DNA of 49,252 nt from Candidatus Berkelbacteria bacterium (GCA_037140515.1 JBAXEI010000005.1:1-49252); one strand, 5' to 3'. Positions 7,215 through 18,384 are shown, counted from the stretch's first letter. The notes: a model not told the origin generated them from the sequence alone. Translations and numbers: made by a program.

Positions 7215-10200
7215 CTAGTTGCTCTCAACTTTGTCTTTACCTACGAGGTCTTTTGTTTTATGAATTAGCACTGGGTCAATATTCACTTTGTTCTTGATTT
7301 TGATCTCTTTAGTCCCGCGAAGCCCATCGGGCGAAGTGGGGTCGGTTCCAATAAGAAGCACGACTGACGATTCGCCAGGGTGCTCGACGAGTATATCTTT
7401 GAGATCGACTAAATGCTCCTTGCTCCAGCCGGCAGGAATAGTGATTCTCAAAGTTTTCGGTCCAACGTTATAAACAGGCACATTGTTAGCGTTTGATGTC
7501 GCGCCAGAAGACGCTCCGCTGCCATTTCCGCCATTATTTCCACCTGACTGCCCATTCTTGTTGCCCCAGCCACCAAATCGGTTAGCGCGGCGCTTGTCCT
7601 TCGCGACGAAGGCCGGTATCTCAGCGGTATCAGTGATCTCATATAGTGCCTCAGAGACGATCTTGAGTGCGCCATCTTTGTAGCTGACGAAGCCATCTAC
7701 GCAAATGATCTTGTCAGGAGCGAGCCAAGTACAGTTTTCAAGTATTTTCGGAAAAACGAGTACCTCGGCTTTGCCCTGAAGGTCTTCAATCTTGGCGAAA
7801 ACCATATTTTGATTCGCTTTTGTCATAATTTTTTGCAAAGTAGTAATAACACCAGCGACACGAATATATTGGTTTTCATGCTCAGTATGGATTTCATTTA
7901 TCTTGATTGAACGATATTTCTCAAGCAAATTGCCAATATCAGCCAAAGGATGCTCAGAGATGTACATACCGAGAAGCTCGCGCTCCCACGAGAGAATTTG
8001 CTTTTTATCGGCGGGCTTCACTTCATCGAGTGTGATTGTCGCATGTTCAATTGTATTATCGTCGCCAAAAAGCGAATCCTGATTATTTTGTAGCATCTTG
8101 TGCATCGTGCTAGCAAAATTTAGTATTTTTTCACTGTTAAATATTACTGCGTTCCGCTCGACGAAGTCAGAAAGAGCGCCAGCCATTGCGAGGGACTCGA
8201 GTGCCTTTTTATTGATGACTTTGCTAGATAAACGAAGTAGAAAATCACGGAAATCCTTGAACGGTCCATTTATTTTCCGATCCTCGACGATCTCTTCTGC
8301 GACCGCCGTACCCACATTTTTAATAGCAGAAAGGCCAAAGCGAATATTCCCAGTCTCTTTCACTACACCGAAGTCGACAAATGATTCATTGATCGACGGG
8401 GCCATAACCTCGATTTTCATACGATTACACTCATCAATCTCGATTGCGAGCTTGTCCAAATCATCTTTGTTCGAAGTCATAAGCGCGGCCATAAACTCAG
8501 ATGGGTAATGCGCCTTAAGGTAGGCAGTTTGATAAGCGATAAGTGCGTAGCAGGCAGCATGTGATTTATTGAAAGCGTATTGTGCGAAATCTTGCATTGC
8601 GCTGTAGAGATCCTCGGCGATTTTCTGACTAACGCCATTTTTGATACAGCCTTCGACAAACTCGCGCCCCATCTTCTCCATGAGCTCTTTGATCTTCTTA
8701 CCCATTGCCTTACGCAGAGTATCAGCTTGGCCTCCTGTGAAACCCGCCATATCCTTACTCATTTGCATAACCTGCTCCTGATAGACAATAATACCATATG
8801 TATTGCCGAGAGCGGCTTCCATCTTCGGGTGGGCAAAAGTTACTGCTTCGCGACCGTGTTTTCTGGCAACAAAAGAATCTATCCATTGCATAGGACCTGG
8901 ACGATAGAGGGCTACCATCGCGATAATGTCTTCAAATACAGTTGGTTTGAGCTCTTTTAGATATCGTCGCATGCCATCACTTTCCAACTGAAAGATGCCA
9001 GTTGTGAAGCCTTTTGTTAGAAGCTGATATGAAGGCTTGTCGTCCATTGGGATCTTGGCAATATCAATATCAATTCCGCGTGTTTTCTTGATAATTGATA
9101 GGGCGTTCTGAATAATGGTTAAGTTTGAAAGCCCCAGAAAGTCCATTTTCAATAGGCCGAGGTGCTCGATAGGATTCATTGAATACTGCGTCACAGTCGA
9201 AATATCGCCTTTTTGTGCTTCTTGTACGGGACAGTATTGAACTATTGGTTCTTTGGAGATCACGACACCAGCCGCGTGTGTTGAAGCGTGGCGAACAACG
9301 CCTTCAAGCTTCTTTGCGATGTCGATACACTGCTTCACGTTTGCATCAGAATCGTAGAGCGATTTGAGCTCAGCAATATTATCAAGCGACTCCTGCAGGC
9401 CCATGCCCTGAGGAATTAGTTTCGCGATCGTATCCACTTCAGAATATGTAAGTCCAAGAACACGACCGACGTCCCGAACAGCCATTCTAGCTGCCATCGT
9501 ACCAAAGGTAATAATCTGAGCAACGCGATCCTTGCCGTATTTCTCCGTCACGTATTGAATTACCTCACTTCTACGAGAGTCAGCGAAGTCCATATCAATA
9601 TCAGGCATTGAAATACGATCTGGATTCAAGAAACGTTCGAAAAGGAGGCCAAAGGGGAGCGGATCGAGCTCAGTAATATTAAATGCATAGCAGATGATTG
9701 AGCCGGCTCCTGAGCCACGACCAGGTCCTACCGCGATTCCCTGATCTTTTGCCCACTGTACATAGTCAGCCACGATTAGAAGATAGCCCTGATAGCCCAT
9801 TTTTTCGATCACGCTAAATTCATATTTGTAGCGTTCCCAAAGCTCAGGGGTGAGATAGAGTTCCTCGGGTGTAGGTTCTTTGCCTTTTGTAATATCGTCG
9901 ATAGTAATTTTTTGGGTACCATAGCGGTTGTTCAGGCCAAGATAACACTTTGTTCGAAACCAGCTTTCGAGATTATAGCCCTCTGGTACCTCAAAATCAG
10001 GAATCAGAATTCCGCCAAGCTCGATCTTTACGTTGCATTTTTCGGCAATTTCCAGTGTATTGGCCATCACCTCTGGATGATCTGGAAAATTATTGAACAT
10101 TTGTTCTCGAGTGAGAAGAGAATAGTCGTCGCCCATCATGCCCATTCGGTTCGTATCAGAGACCTGTTTGCCGATCTGCAGGCAGAGAAGCGCATCTTGT

Positions 10201-10868
10201 GCAATAGCGTCATCGGTATTTACATAATGTGGGTCGTTGGTGGCAATAACCTTGAGATCAAATTCTTTTGCAAGTTTGAAAATATTTTCATTCGCAATTT
10301 TCTGTTCTGGCACGGTATTTGGATGATGTTGGACTTCAAGATAGAAATCTTCTTTTGGGAAAATTTCCAAATACTCCATCAAAGCCGCTCTTCCAGACTC
10401 GTAGCTCTCAAGCGACTTGCGAGTTACTTCTCCTTGGATACAAGCGGTCGAGGCGATCAAGCCCTCAGAATGTTTTTTCAATAATTCTTTGTCAATTCTT
10501 GGTTTATAATAATATCCCTCGAGATTTGCCTTTGTTACTAGCTGAAGTAGGTTTCTGTAGCCAACCTCGTTTTTGGCTAGCAAGATTAAATGGTAGGCTT
10601 TTTGATCAATCGAGGGCTGTTTGTCAGTCATTTTTCGAGGCGAAACGTATGCTTCAACGCCTAGAATCGGTTTGATTCCCTCTTTCAGGCAAGTTTCGTA
10701 AAATTCGATAATGCCGTACATTGCGCCATGGTCCGTGAGGGCGAGTGCTGTCATTCCGTCGCTCTTGGCCTTTTTTATAAGATCAGGAACTTTGCCCATG
10801 CCGTCGAGCATAGAATAGTGTGAGTGAACGTGTAGATGGACGAATTGTGGAAATTCTTTTTCTGGCAT
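7215..10868 (-). CDS. dnaE: DNA polymerase III alpha subunit
   Basis: PHP HLHVHSHYS, GRGSGAGS, MPDIDMD, FNKSH, OB-fold C-terminus. Confidence 0.98.
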   Translation of the reverse strand: MPEKEFPQFVHLHVHSHYSMLDGMGKVPDLIKKAKSDGMTALALTDHGAMYGIIEFYETCLKEGIKPILGVEAYVSPRKMTDKQPSIDQKAYHLILLAKNEVGYRNLLQLVTKANLEGYYYKPRIDKELLKKHSEGLIASTACIQGEVTRKSLESYESGRAALMEYLEIFPKEDFYLEVQHHPNTVPEQKIANENIFKLAKEFDLKVIATNDPHYVNTDDAIAQDALLCLQIGKQVSDTNRMGMMGDDYSLLTREQMFNNFPDHPEVMANTLEIAEKCNVKIELGGILIPDFEVPEGYNLESWFRTKCYLGLNNRYGTQKITIDDITKGKEPTPEELYLTPELWERYKYEFSVIEKMGYQGYLLIVADYVQWAKDQGIAVGPGRGSGAGSIICYAFNITELDPLPFGLLFERFLNPDRISMPDIDMDFADSRRSEVIQYVTEKYGKDRVAQIITFGTMAARMAVRDVGRVLGLTYSEVDTIAKLIPQGMGLQESLDNIAELKSLYDSDANVKQCIDIAKKLEGVVRHASTHAAGVVISKEPIVQYCPVQEAQKGDISTVTQYSMNPIEHLGLLKMDFLGLSNLTIIQNALSIIKKTRGIDIDIAKIPMDDKPSYQLLTKGFTTGIFQLESDGMRRYLKELKPTVFEDIIAMVALYRPGPMQWIDSFVARKHGREAVTFAHPKMEAALGNTYGIIVYQEQVMQMSKDMAGFTGGQADTLRKAMGKKIKELMEKMGREFVEGCIKNGVSQKIAEDLYSAMQDFAQYAFNKSHAACYALIAYQTAYLKAHYPSEFMAALMTSNKDDLDKLAIEIDECNRMKIEVMAPSINESFVDFGVVKETGNIRFGLSAIKNVGTAVAEEIVEDRKINGPFKDFRDFLLRLSSKVINKKALESLAMAGALSDFVERNAVIFNSEKILNFASTMHKMLQNNQDSLFGDDNTIEHATITLDEVKPADKKQILSWERELLGMYISEHPLADIGNLLEKYRSIKINEIHTEHENQYIRVAGVITTLQKIMTKANQNMVFAKIEDLQGKAEVLVFPKILENCTWLAPDKIICVDGFVSYKDGALKIVSEALYEITDTAEIPAFVAKDKRRANRFGGWGNKNGQSGGNNGGNGSGASSGATSNANNVPVYNVGPKTLRITIPAGWSKEHLVDLKDILVEHPGESSVVLLIGTDPTSPDGLRGTKEIKIKNKVNIDPVLIHKTKDLVGKDKVESN

Positions 10869-10904
10869 AGTGACTTAGTGAGCTGATTGTGTTATGATAA
10901 AAAA

Positions 10905-12194
10905 ATGGAAAACGTGAATACAAATCAAAATAAATTGGCGATCACCGAAGGGCAATATGTTGTTGTCCTTGGTCGCGAGATAGAACTATGTTTCAACGAG
11001 TTTCTAGCAACTATGAAGCGGTTTTGTTTTGATTTTGATAACTATACTCTATCGGACAATTTGCTTTTCTTCAACTCTAAAAATTCCGTTTCCGAAATTG
11101 CCGGCCTTATGCCACTTCTTGGCGGAACAACGAAGATTTATGAGCTTCTTTTCGACACAACTTATGATAAATTCCAGAAAGATACACTCATTTACATTCG
11201 TGATATTGCTTATAACGATCGTAAAAACAAAGAAAGTTCCCGAATCGACTTTGGCATTTCTTCCTATGATCGAAAAATCAGCACTTTGAAGACAAACCAA
11301 ACTGGCTTTTCTATCAAGAAGGATCTGAAAAAGTCTGGCATTTCTGCTCGTTATAATGAGCTGAAAAATGAATCAGAGGTCCCTACAATTATTTCTTCTG
11401 GGCAGTTAATGAAGGGCAATTCGCTTGAGATCGGTCTTTTTTGGCAGCCACGCGGAGTTGTCGTTGTCGGCAAGATGATTGCTTCAACAAATCCACGAGG
11501 TTGGGCTGAGCGCGATTTCGAGAAGCCCGCTGGAGATAAGGTTTCTGGAATGCTTCCACCAAAACTCGCCAGAATCATGCTAAATCTGGCCCTCGACAGA
11601 CCCTCTTCTGAAATTAAAACCTTGGTTATTGATCCTTTTTGCGGCTCAGGCAATATGTTGATGGAGGCTTACGATCTCGGTATCGACTTTTTGGGCAGTG
11701 ATTTATCGCCTCGCGCAGTCCAAGACTCGATTGATAATATCGAGTGGCTTGCGGCCAGATCAAAAAGTGATATGAAGCCAACCTTCGAGATTATCGAAGC
11801 TGATGCCACAACAGCTGATTTTGCTACGTTAATTGAAAATTCCAAGCTCAAGATCGATGATTATAACCAAATTTTAATCGTGGCCGAGCCTTATTTGGGT
11901 GAACCGAAGAAATATACCCCAAATTCCAACGCTGTGCGCGGAGAATATCGAAAAGTCAAAGAAATTTACCTGAAATTCCTAGAGAATATTGCAAAATTAG
12001 AGAAAATCAAGCCAGTTATTTGCCTAGTTTTTCCGCTTGTGGAAACAGTAGACAAGGGACAATTCAGTTTATACAATGATAGTGTTGACGAAATTGGAAA
12101 AATTGGTTATACTCTCCTTCAGTCACCCCTTATTTATGGGCGTGATTATCAAGTTGTAAAACGAGAGATCGTTTTATTGTCGTTCAATTCATAA
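10905..12194 (+). CDS. SAM-dependent RNA methyltransferase (Trm11/UPF0020-like)
   Basis: GMLPPKLARIMLNL, IDPFCGSG, EPYLG. Confidence 0.8.
   Translation: MENVNTNQNKLAITEGQYVVVLGREIELCFNEFLATMKRFCFDFDNYTLSDNLLFFNSKNSVSEIAGLMPLLGGTTKIYELLFDTTYDKFQKDTLIYIRDIAYNDRKNKESSRIDFGISSYDRKISTLKTNQTGFSIKKDLKKSGISARYNELKNESEVPTIISSGQLMKGNSLEIGLFWQPRGVVVVGKMIASTNPRGWAERDFEKPAGDKVSGMLPPKLARIMLNLALDRPSSEIKTLVIDPFCGSGNMLMEAYDLGIDFLGSDLSPRAVQDSIDNIEWLAARSKSDMKPTFEIIEADATTADFATLIENSKLKIDDYNQILIVAEPYLGEPKKYTPNSNAVRGEYRKVKEIYLKFLENIAKLEKIKPVICLVFPLVETVDKGQFSLYNDSVDEIGKIGYTLLQSPLIYGRDYQVVKREIVLLSFNS
12085..12113 (+). promoter_or_regulatory. sigma70-like promoter inside the MTase gene, probably for rpmA-rplS
   Basis: TTGACG-17 nt-TATACT. 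Confidence 0.5.
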
Positions 12195-12305
12195 ATTATA
12201 AATCGTTTTTCACTTCTCGATTGCCAACTATTTCTCAGCTAAAAGGCTGAAAATGAGCTGAAAATTGAGAACTGTTAAATTTAAAATTATTCCGAAGGAA
12301 TCGTT

Positions 12306-12590
12306 ATGGCACATAAAAAAGCTGCCGGTAGTACCCGGTTAGGTCGAGATTCACAATCCAAGAGACTTGGAGTGAAAATTTTTGGTGGCGCCAAGGCAAT
12401 CTCTGGCAACATCATCATTCGTCAAACTGGTACAAAGTTTCACCCAGGTGAAAACGTTGGTATCGGCGATGACTATACAATCTACGCTGCAAAAGATGGC
12501 GTTGTTAAGTTTCAACAGAAGCGCGTAGTCGCTTTTAACGGAAACAAAGCAAAGCGAACTTTTGTTCACGTTGTAGATGCTCTGAAATAA
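12306..12590 (+). CDS. rpmA: 50S ribosomal protein L27
   Basis: [24 protein letters not shown]. Confidence 0.98.
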   Translation: MAHKKAAGSTRLGRDSQSKRLGVKIFGGAKAISGNIIIRQTGTKFHPGENVGIGDDYTIYAAKDGVVKFQQKRVVAFNGNKAKRTFVHVVDALK

Positions 12591-12612
12591 GTAAGAATAG
12601 ACTAGGAAAACA

Positions 12613-13122
12613 ATGTTAAAACTATTAGAAAAATACTTCAAGAAAAACGTTCCAGACGTTCGAAGCGGTGACACAGTCAAGGTACACATCATCGTCAAGG
12701 AAGGTGTCAAAGAGCGTGTACAGATCTTTGAAGGCCTAGTAATTGCAGTCAAACATGGCAAAGGCCTTGATGGCACATTTACTGTTCGAAAAGAATCTTT
12801 TGGCATCGGCGTAGAGCGTGTATTTCCTTTGCACTCACCTCGAGTTGTAAAGATTGAGCGCATCAAGCAGTCAAAAGTTCGAAGAAGCAAACTTTACTAC
12901 ATGCGTGAACTTCATGGCAAAAATGCTCGTCTCAAAGACGTAAATCGTGATCATGCTGTTTGGGAAGAAAAAGGCGCCGAAGAAGAGCTAGAGAAAATTG
13001 CTGCTGAAACAGCTGCTGCCGCTGAAGCTGCTGCAGAAGAGAAGGCCGCAGAAGAAGCTGAGATTAATGCAAAAGTTGAAGCAGTTGCAGGTGACCGAAT
13101 CGTCGACGACAAAAAAGAATAA
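12613..13122 (+). CDS. rplS: 50S ribosomal protein L19 with Ala/Glu-rich tail
   Basis: [36 protein letters not shown]. Confidence 0.97.
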   Translation: MLKLLEKYFKKNVPDVRSGDTVKVHIIVKEGVKERVQIFEGLVIAVKHGKGLDGTFTVRKESFGIGVERVFPLHSPRVVKIERIKQSKVRRSKLYYMRELHGKNARLKDVNRDHAVWEEKGAEEELEKIAAETAAAAEAAAEEKAAEEAEINAKVEAVAGDRIVDDKKE

Positions 13123-13228
13123 TAACTTACCAAGTTATACATAGTGCTCCCAAAAATGCTCAGTCGAAAGATAATGGGCATTTTTGTTATAAAAAATGGA
13201 AGTTTGCTATTGCAAACTTCCAAATTAT

Positions 13229-13657
13229 TTAATTTCTGCCAAAGGCAGCGGACACTACTTCTGGCAGTGTCAGAATTTCATTCTTGATTACAGACACATT
13301 TGCGCCTGCTTGAAGCATCTTTTTGTTGCTCTCTGTTTCGCCACTGTGAGCGATAATATGGAGTTTGTCTCCAAATTCCATGCTCCGCAGGTGGCGGACG
13401 ACTTCATGGCCTAAGCGATAAAAACCACTATCAAGACTTAGGTTGCCATCGATTATTACGATGGTTGGGACTAGCGTTTCATTCCTTGAGCGCTCTTGGA
13501 GTTCATTTACTGCAGCTTCGGCAGTGTTAAATAGTGTTATGTCACAATCTGTGCAGTCTCTATTCAACAATTTCTTAGCAAGCCGTAAGATACACTCCTC
13601 GTCGTCAATTACGATAACTTGTTGCAGGCTCAATCCCGCGGCATTAATTATAGGCAT
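13229..13657 (-). CDS. Single-domain response regulator receiver
   Basis: VIVIDDEE, IIDGNL (phospho-Asp), IIAHSG, AGANVSVIK. Confidence 0.8.
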   Translation of the reverse strand: MPIINAAGLSLQQVIVIDDEECILRLAKKLLNRDCTDCDITLFNTAEAAVNELQERSRNETLVPTIVIIDGNLSLDSGFYRLGHEVVRHLRSMEFGDKLHIIAHSGETESNKKMLQAGANVSVIKNEILTLPEVVSAAFGRN

Positions 13658-13785
13658 CTTCTTAACCTCTGACTAGTATTATACCACTTACGAATAAATA
13701 AGTCAATCTAGCAGCCGTATAAAATCGTTTGTCATCCAACGATAATAGCGATATTATTAGACAGGAATTAATATTTTTTTAAATT

Positions 13786-14148
13786 ATGTTTGATAAATCA
13801 AAAAATAAGCAGACAGGGAATCTTGGCGAAGACACTGCTACCGATTTCTTGATCAGCAAAGGCTATAAGATTCTTGCAAGAAATCTGTTTTTTGCGTTTG
13901 GCGAGATCGATATTTTGGCGGAGAAGGACAGATCGATCGTGATTGTAGAGGTCAAGACTGTGCGTGGATCTGGCTTTGGTCTTGCACAGGACTTAGTTCG
14001 TTTTGCAAAGCAAAATAAGCTGAGAATGCTTGCGCGGGCGGTCGAGCAGCAATATCCAGGAAAGACGATTCGTATCGACGTTATTGCAATCGATTTTAGT
14101 GGAAGTGAGCCAAAAATAGAACACATTGAGAGCGCGGTAGAAGGGTAA
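13786..14148 (+). CDS. yraN: YraN/UPF0102 family PD-(D/E)xK nuclease-like protein
   Basis: GNLGED, GEIDIL, VEVKT, RIDVIAI. Confidence 0.9.
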   Translation: MFDKSKNKQTGNLGEDTATDFLISKGYKILARNLFFAFGEIDILAEKDRSIVIVEVKTVRGSGFGLAQDLVRFAKQNKLRMLARAVEQQYPGKTIRIDVIAIDFSGSEPKIEHIESAVEG

Positions 14149-14154
14149 TTTTTC

Positions 14155-14230
14155 TGTCATCCTGAACTTGTTTCAGGATCTTGTAACCGTTTAAATATCG
14201 ACGGGATCCTGAAACAAGTTCAGGATGACA
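14155..14230. repeat. REPIN-like inverted doublet
   Basis: TGTCATCCTGAACTTGTTTCAGGATC...GATCCTGAAACAAGTTCAGGATGACA. Confidence 0.85.
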
Positions 14231-14273
14231 AGGCGCATTTGAGATCTTTCTGGATTTGTGCTAATTTATAATC

Positions 14274-15701
14274 ATGAATACACAAGAACCAATCATCACA
14301 CGTTTTGCACCAAGTCCAACTGGCGAGCTTCATATCGGAAGTGCCCGTACGGCTCTTTTTGCTTATTTGGCTGCCAAGAATACTGGCGGGAAATTTTATC
14401 TTCGTATCGAAGATACTGACCGCACACGCTATGTTGAAGGCTCTGAGTTTCGTGTTATCGAATCTCTTGATTGGCTCGGTTTCGCTATCGAAAACAGAGA
14501 CAATATCGTTTTCCAGTCAAAGCGACTCCCAATATACAAAAAACATGCTTTTGATCTCGTGAAAGCAGGCAAAGCTTATGTTTGCACCTGCACAAAGGAG
14601 CATTTGACTGAGGCTCGCGCCACTCAGGAGGCAGCAGGCAAATTACCTCGTTATGATGGCCACTGCCGTGAGCTTGGCCTTGATCCAGAGAAACAAGAAG
14701 AAGGAACCTTTGTAATTCGCTTGAAAATGCCAGAAAATGGCAAAGTTGTGGTAAATGATCTTGTTCGAGGGGATGTTGAGTTCGATTTATCCTTATTTGA
14801 CGATCAAATATTATTCAAATCTGATGGCTATCCAACATATCATTTGTGCTCAATCATCGATGATCACGAGATGGAAATCACATATGTCCTTCGAGCTGAG
14901 GAGTGGCTCTCATCGACGCCAAAACATCTCGTTTTGTACGAGGCTTTCGGCTGGAAACCACCAAAGTTTGGTCACTTTTCGATGATTCTCGCGACTGATC
15001 ATAGCAAGCTTTCAAAACGTCATGGTGCAGTTAGCATTGAAGAATTTCGTCGTCTTGGCTACTTGAAGGAAGCGATTATAAATTTTACTGCACTGCTCGG
15101 TTGGAATCCGAAGACTGAGCGTGAATTATTCACGCTGGATGAGCTTGTAGAGGAATTTAAGATCGTAAATCTAAATAAAGCACCGGCGATATTTGACATA
15201 AACAAATTGAACTCGTTTAACGAGCATTATATTGTTGAAAAGGTTAAAGAAGCACCTGCTGAAATGGTGGAGCTCCTAAAAGAATATAGTTTGGATACAA
15301 TCTCTGATACAGAGCTAGACTTGATCGGTCGTGGTGGACACACAACGCTGAAAGAAGCTGCAGACTACATCCTAAAACTTAGAAAGACACCAGAATATGA
15401 CAGTTCAATCCTAGTCTTCAAAAAATCCGACAAAGACAAGACATTGACGGGACTCACTGCGTCACTAGACAAATTATCCAAAATAGATAAATGGGAAACA
15501 GATACTTTACAAGAAGCGCTGAGCTCGGTTGTTGCGGATAACGCGCTCACAAATGGTGACGTCTTCTGGCCAGTAAGAGTCGCTCTATCTGGCGCGGAGA
15601 AGTCGCCGTCTCCTGTAGAGCTCTTGCTTGCACTTGGCAAAAATGAATCGATAAAAAGAATCGAAACTGCTCTCGAAAAAGTCAAACAGATCGCGATCTA
15701 G
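14274..15701 (+). CDS. gltX: Glutamate--tRNA ligase
   Basis: RFAPSPTG, HIGS, LRIEDTD, KLSKR. Confidence 0.97.
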   Translation: MNTQEPIITRFAPSPTGELHIGSARTALFAYLAAKNTGGKFYLRIEDTDRTRYVEGSEFRVIESLDWLGFAIENRDNIVFQSKRLPIYKKHAFDLVKAGKAYVCTCTKEHLTEARATQEAAGKLPRYDGHCRELGLDPEKQEEGTFVIRLKMPENGKVVVNDLVRGDVEFDLSLFDDQILFKSDGYPTYHLCSIIDDHEMEITYVLRAEEWLSSTPKHLVLYEAFGWKPPKFGHFSMILATDHSKLSKRHGAVSIEEFRRLGYLKEAIINFTALLGWNPKTERELFTLDELVEEFKIVNLNKAPAIFDINKLNSFNEHYIVEKVKEAPAEMVELLKEYSLDTISDTELDLIGRGGHTTLKEAADYILKLRKTPEYDSSILVFKKSDKDKTLTGLTASLDKLSKIDKWETDTLQEALSSVVADNALTNGDVFWPVRVALSGAEKSPSPVELLLALGKNESIKRIETALEKVKQIAI

Positions 15702-15707
15702 TCCTAA

Positions 15708-16448
15708 TCACTTCTGCGAAATCTCGTAGAGTTTCAAATATAGTTCTTTGTTGGCGGTAAAAAAGCCCTCAGCATATTTTCCTGCATCGTACATGCCAGC
15801 TCGATACTTATTTAGCCCAAGAATTGCTTCAAGGTAGGAGCGATCTTCGAGCTGAGATTTGTGTGCAGCTATGGCTGTAGACTTTTGTGTGACTGCATCA
15901 TCAATCGTGACTAAGCGATTCGCATAGAGTGGCTGCCAAACTTCGTATTGCCAAATCTCGCCACGATAATCGATTGATTCCAAAGCTTTGGCCAGAATCT
16001 CGCATGTAGCATTGTGGTCAGGATGAGGGTCGGAGAGTGAGGGTACAAAGATAATATTTGGTTGAGTTTTTTCAATTATTTCTTTGATGATAGAGATTGA
16101 TTTTGATTCTGCAACTAGATTTCCGTCGCTATAATCAAGAAAGTTTGTGATACTAGAACCCAAAATCTTTGAGGCCTGTTCTGCCTCATGTTTTCTCGTA
16201 ATGTTTTTCCCGTTAGTCAGATGTAAGGTCGTGACATTTTGTGAGTTTTTAGCCGCCTTAGAGATTATGCCCCCGCAACCAAAGATATCATCATCAGGAT
16301 GTGGCGAGAGTACTAAATAACTTCCCAAGGGGGCATCCTTCAATATCTCGAGCTTGATCTCAGACTTGATAGCCGCTGAGATCATAAGATGTCCGAATGA
16401 TTTTCGAAGGTTGTTGAGGTGTAGCAAAATTTTTAGATATTTTTTCAT
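15708..16448 (-). CDS. PIG-L/LmbE family deacetylase
   Basis: SPHPDD, HPDH, AHKSQ. Confidence 0.9.
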   Translation of the reverse strand: MKKYLKILLHLNNLRKSFGHLMISAAIKSEIKLEILKDAPLGSYLVLSPHPDDDIFGCGGIISKAAKNSQNVTTLHLTNGKNITRKHEAEQASKILGSSITNFLDYSDGNLVAESKSISIIKEIIEKTQPNIIFVPSLSDPHPDHNATCEILAKALESIDYRGEIWQYEVWQPLYANRLVTIDDAVTQKSTAIAAHKSQLEDRSYLEAILGLNKYRAGMYDAGKYAEGFFTANKELYLKLYEISQK

Positions 16449-16552
16449 AGATAAATATTACCATAAACTATTACTGATTTGTACTGTCCTTTGTCCGCTT
16501 CAATAGGCTGCCCTCTTTTCTTATCAGATAATTTAATGCTAAAATATTGGAG

Positions 16553-17686
16553 ATGAAAAATGCACGAAATAAGCTAGTTTTAGTGATTGCAGATTCGGGA
16601 TTGGGCGGAGGCACAAGCCACGTTTTGAGTTTGCTGAAAAACGTTGATAAGGACAAATTTGAGACTCACCTGATCTGCCCCGCAGGATATTTATCTAAGA
16701 CAGCTAAAGCGCTCCGTGATGTTGAGGTTTACAATATCTCAATGCACTCAAAGTTTGACCTGATCTCCTTTTTGCAGCTTCGCGAGACGATTGCAAAGAT
16801 CCAATCAGAGGGAAATCCCTTTGGTCCGATGATTGTTCACGCTCATGGCCAAAGAGCCGGTCTTTTTACAGCTTTTGCTGCTAGAAAATATGTACGGAAA
16901 ATCTATACCGAGCACAACTTTGACGACACCTATCAGCTAAAAAATCCAATAAATAATTTTATTCAGAAGCAGATTTTGAGGGCAGTATGTCGCAGATACG
17001 ATCTGATTATTGCAGTGTCTGAAGCAGTAAAAAAATATTTAGTAGGTCATCGTTTTGCCGAAAACGATGAGGTGGTTGTTATGCCAAACGGTATTGATCT
17101 GACTCATTGGCTTGATCTCAAGAAAAAGCACAAGATCGAGACTGTAAATCGTCATCCAGTTATTGGCACGGTTGGGTCTTTGGTAGTTCCGAAAGGCCAG
17201 AAATACCTGATTCAAGCATTTGCACAGTTTACGAAGAAATACCCACTTGCTCGGCTTGAGATAGTTGGTGACGGTCCAGAGAAGACGAGCTTGCAGGAGC
17301 TTGCCACAGGAATGTTACTAAACAAAAATGTCAGTTTTCTTGGCGTACAGAAGGACGTAGCTCCTATTATTTCAAAGTGGGATATGTTTGTTTTACCTTC
17401 AGTATCTGAAACATTTGGTATAGTTATATTAGAAGCCATGGCGCTTGGTCTTCCTGTAGTTGCTACCAAGGTTGGCGGTGTGCCAGATATAATCGACAAT
17501 GGTAAAAACGGAATACTCGTTGAGAGCAAGGATTCGATTGCGCTCTGCAAGGCAATGGAGAAAATCCTAGATCATCCTGCACTTGCGGCAGAGCTAAAGA
17601 GAGGTGGCGAGAAGAGGATTGCTGACTTTGACATTACAAAAATTGTAGAAAAAATTGAAAATATTTATTTAAGGTTAATAGGGTAG
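16553..17686 (+). CDS. Glycosyltransferase family 4
   Basis: ETFGIVILEAMALGLPVVATKVGG; GT-B fold motifs. Confidence 0.93.
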   Translation: MKNARNKLVLVIADSGLGGGTSHVLSLLKNVDKDKFETHLICPAGYLSKTAKALRDVEVYNISMHSKFDLISFLQLRETIAKIQSEGNPFGPMIVHAHGQRAGLFTAFAARKYVRKIYTEHNFDDTYQLKNPINNFIQKQILRAVCRRYDLIIAVSEAVKKYLVGHRFAENDEVVVMPNGIDLTHWLDLKKKHKIETVNRHPVIGTVGSLVVPKGQKYLIQAFAQFTKKYPLARLEIVGDGPEKTSLQELATGMLLNKNVSFLGVQKDVAPIISKWDMFVLPSVSETFGIVILEAMALGLPVVATKVGGVPDIIDNGKNGILVESKDSIALCKAMEKILDHPALAAELKRGGEKRIADFDITKIVEKIENIYLRLIG

Positions 17687-17696
17687 GGTTTCTGAA

Positions 17697-18002
17697 ATGA
17701 AAAAAATTTTAGTCAAGATTGGTCCAGACGGCGTCGAGGTTTATAAGGATAATGAGACAAACAAAGAGTTGATAATCCAAAAAGAGATCGCCTTTAGCGA
17801 TAATTTTAACGAAATACGAGGATTGAATTTTAACGATGAAGAAGCGCTAGTTCGTCTTCTCGAGCGTGTTTCCGCTAATTATTTTGACTGTAAGATTGAG
17901 GCCGAGGCTAGCGAGTTTTTTCGCCGTATTAAGCCAAGCTTTCTTGTCGACCTGAAAAAAGAGATCAAAAAGAGAGCCAAAATTGAGATAGCATTTGACT
18001 AA
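17697..18002 (+). CDS. Hypothetical protein
   Basis: 101-aa ORF in operon orientation, 10 nt after the GT gene. Confidence 0.65.
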   Translation: MKKILVKIGPDGVEVYKDNETNKELIIQKEIAFSDNFNEIRGLNFNDEEALVRLLERVSANYFDCKIEAEASEFFRRIKPSFLVDLKKEIKKRAKIEIAFD

Positions 18003-18040
18003 TAATCGATTAAATATATAAAAACTATTTTGGAGGGAAG

Positions 18041-18382
18041 ATGACAGATATAAATCAATCAGATGAGACGAAAAACACTGTAGCGGGTAACCTTTTTGAA
18101 GAGATCGGAATGGGAGACCTTAGCGACATTGAAAAAGGTGCCGTTCTAGCAGATCTTCTTGAGTCGATTCAAACTCGGGCATTGCAGAGGACAGTAGAAG
18201 GACTTACGGATGCTCAGATTGAAAGTCTTGCTGAGGTAATAAAAACTGATGATCCAACGAAACTCGAGGATTTTTTGCTCGAAAATGCTCCAAATTTTCC
18301 TACAATATATGAAGAAGAGGCTAAGAAGTTGCGAGAAGAGTTGATTATTAAGTTTTCAGGCGACCAAAAGCAGAAAGAGTAG
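18041..18382 (+). CDS. Small acidic helical hypothetical protein
   Basis: RBS GGAGG; 2 nt from the next gene. Confidence 0.8.
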   Translation: MTDINQSDETKNTVAGNLFEEIGMGDLSDIEKGAVLADLLESIQTRALQRTVEGLTDAQIESLAEVIKTDDPTKLEDFLLENAPNFPTIYEEEAKKLREELIIKFSGDQKQKE

Positions 18383-18384
18383 CA

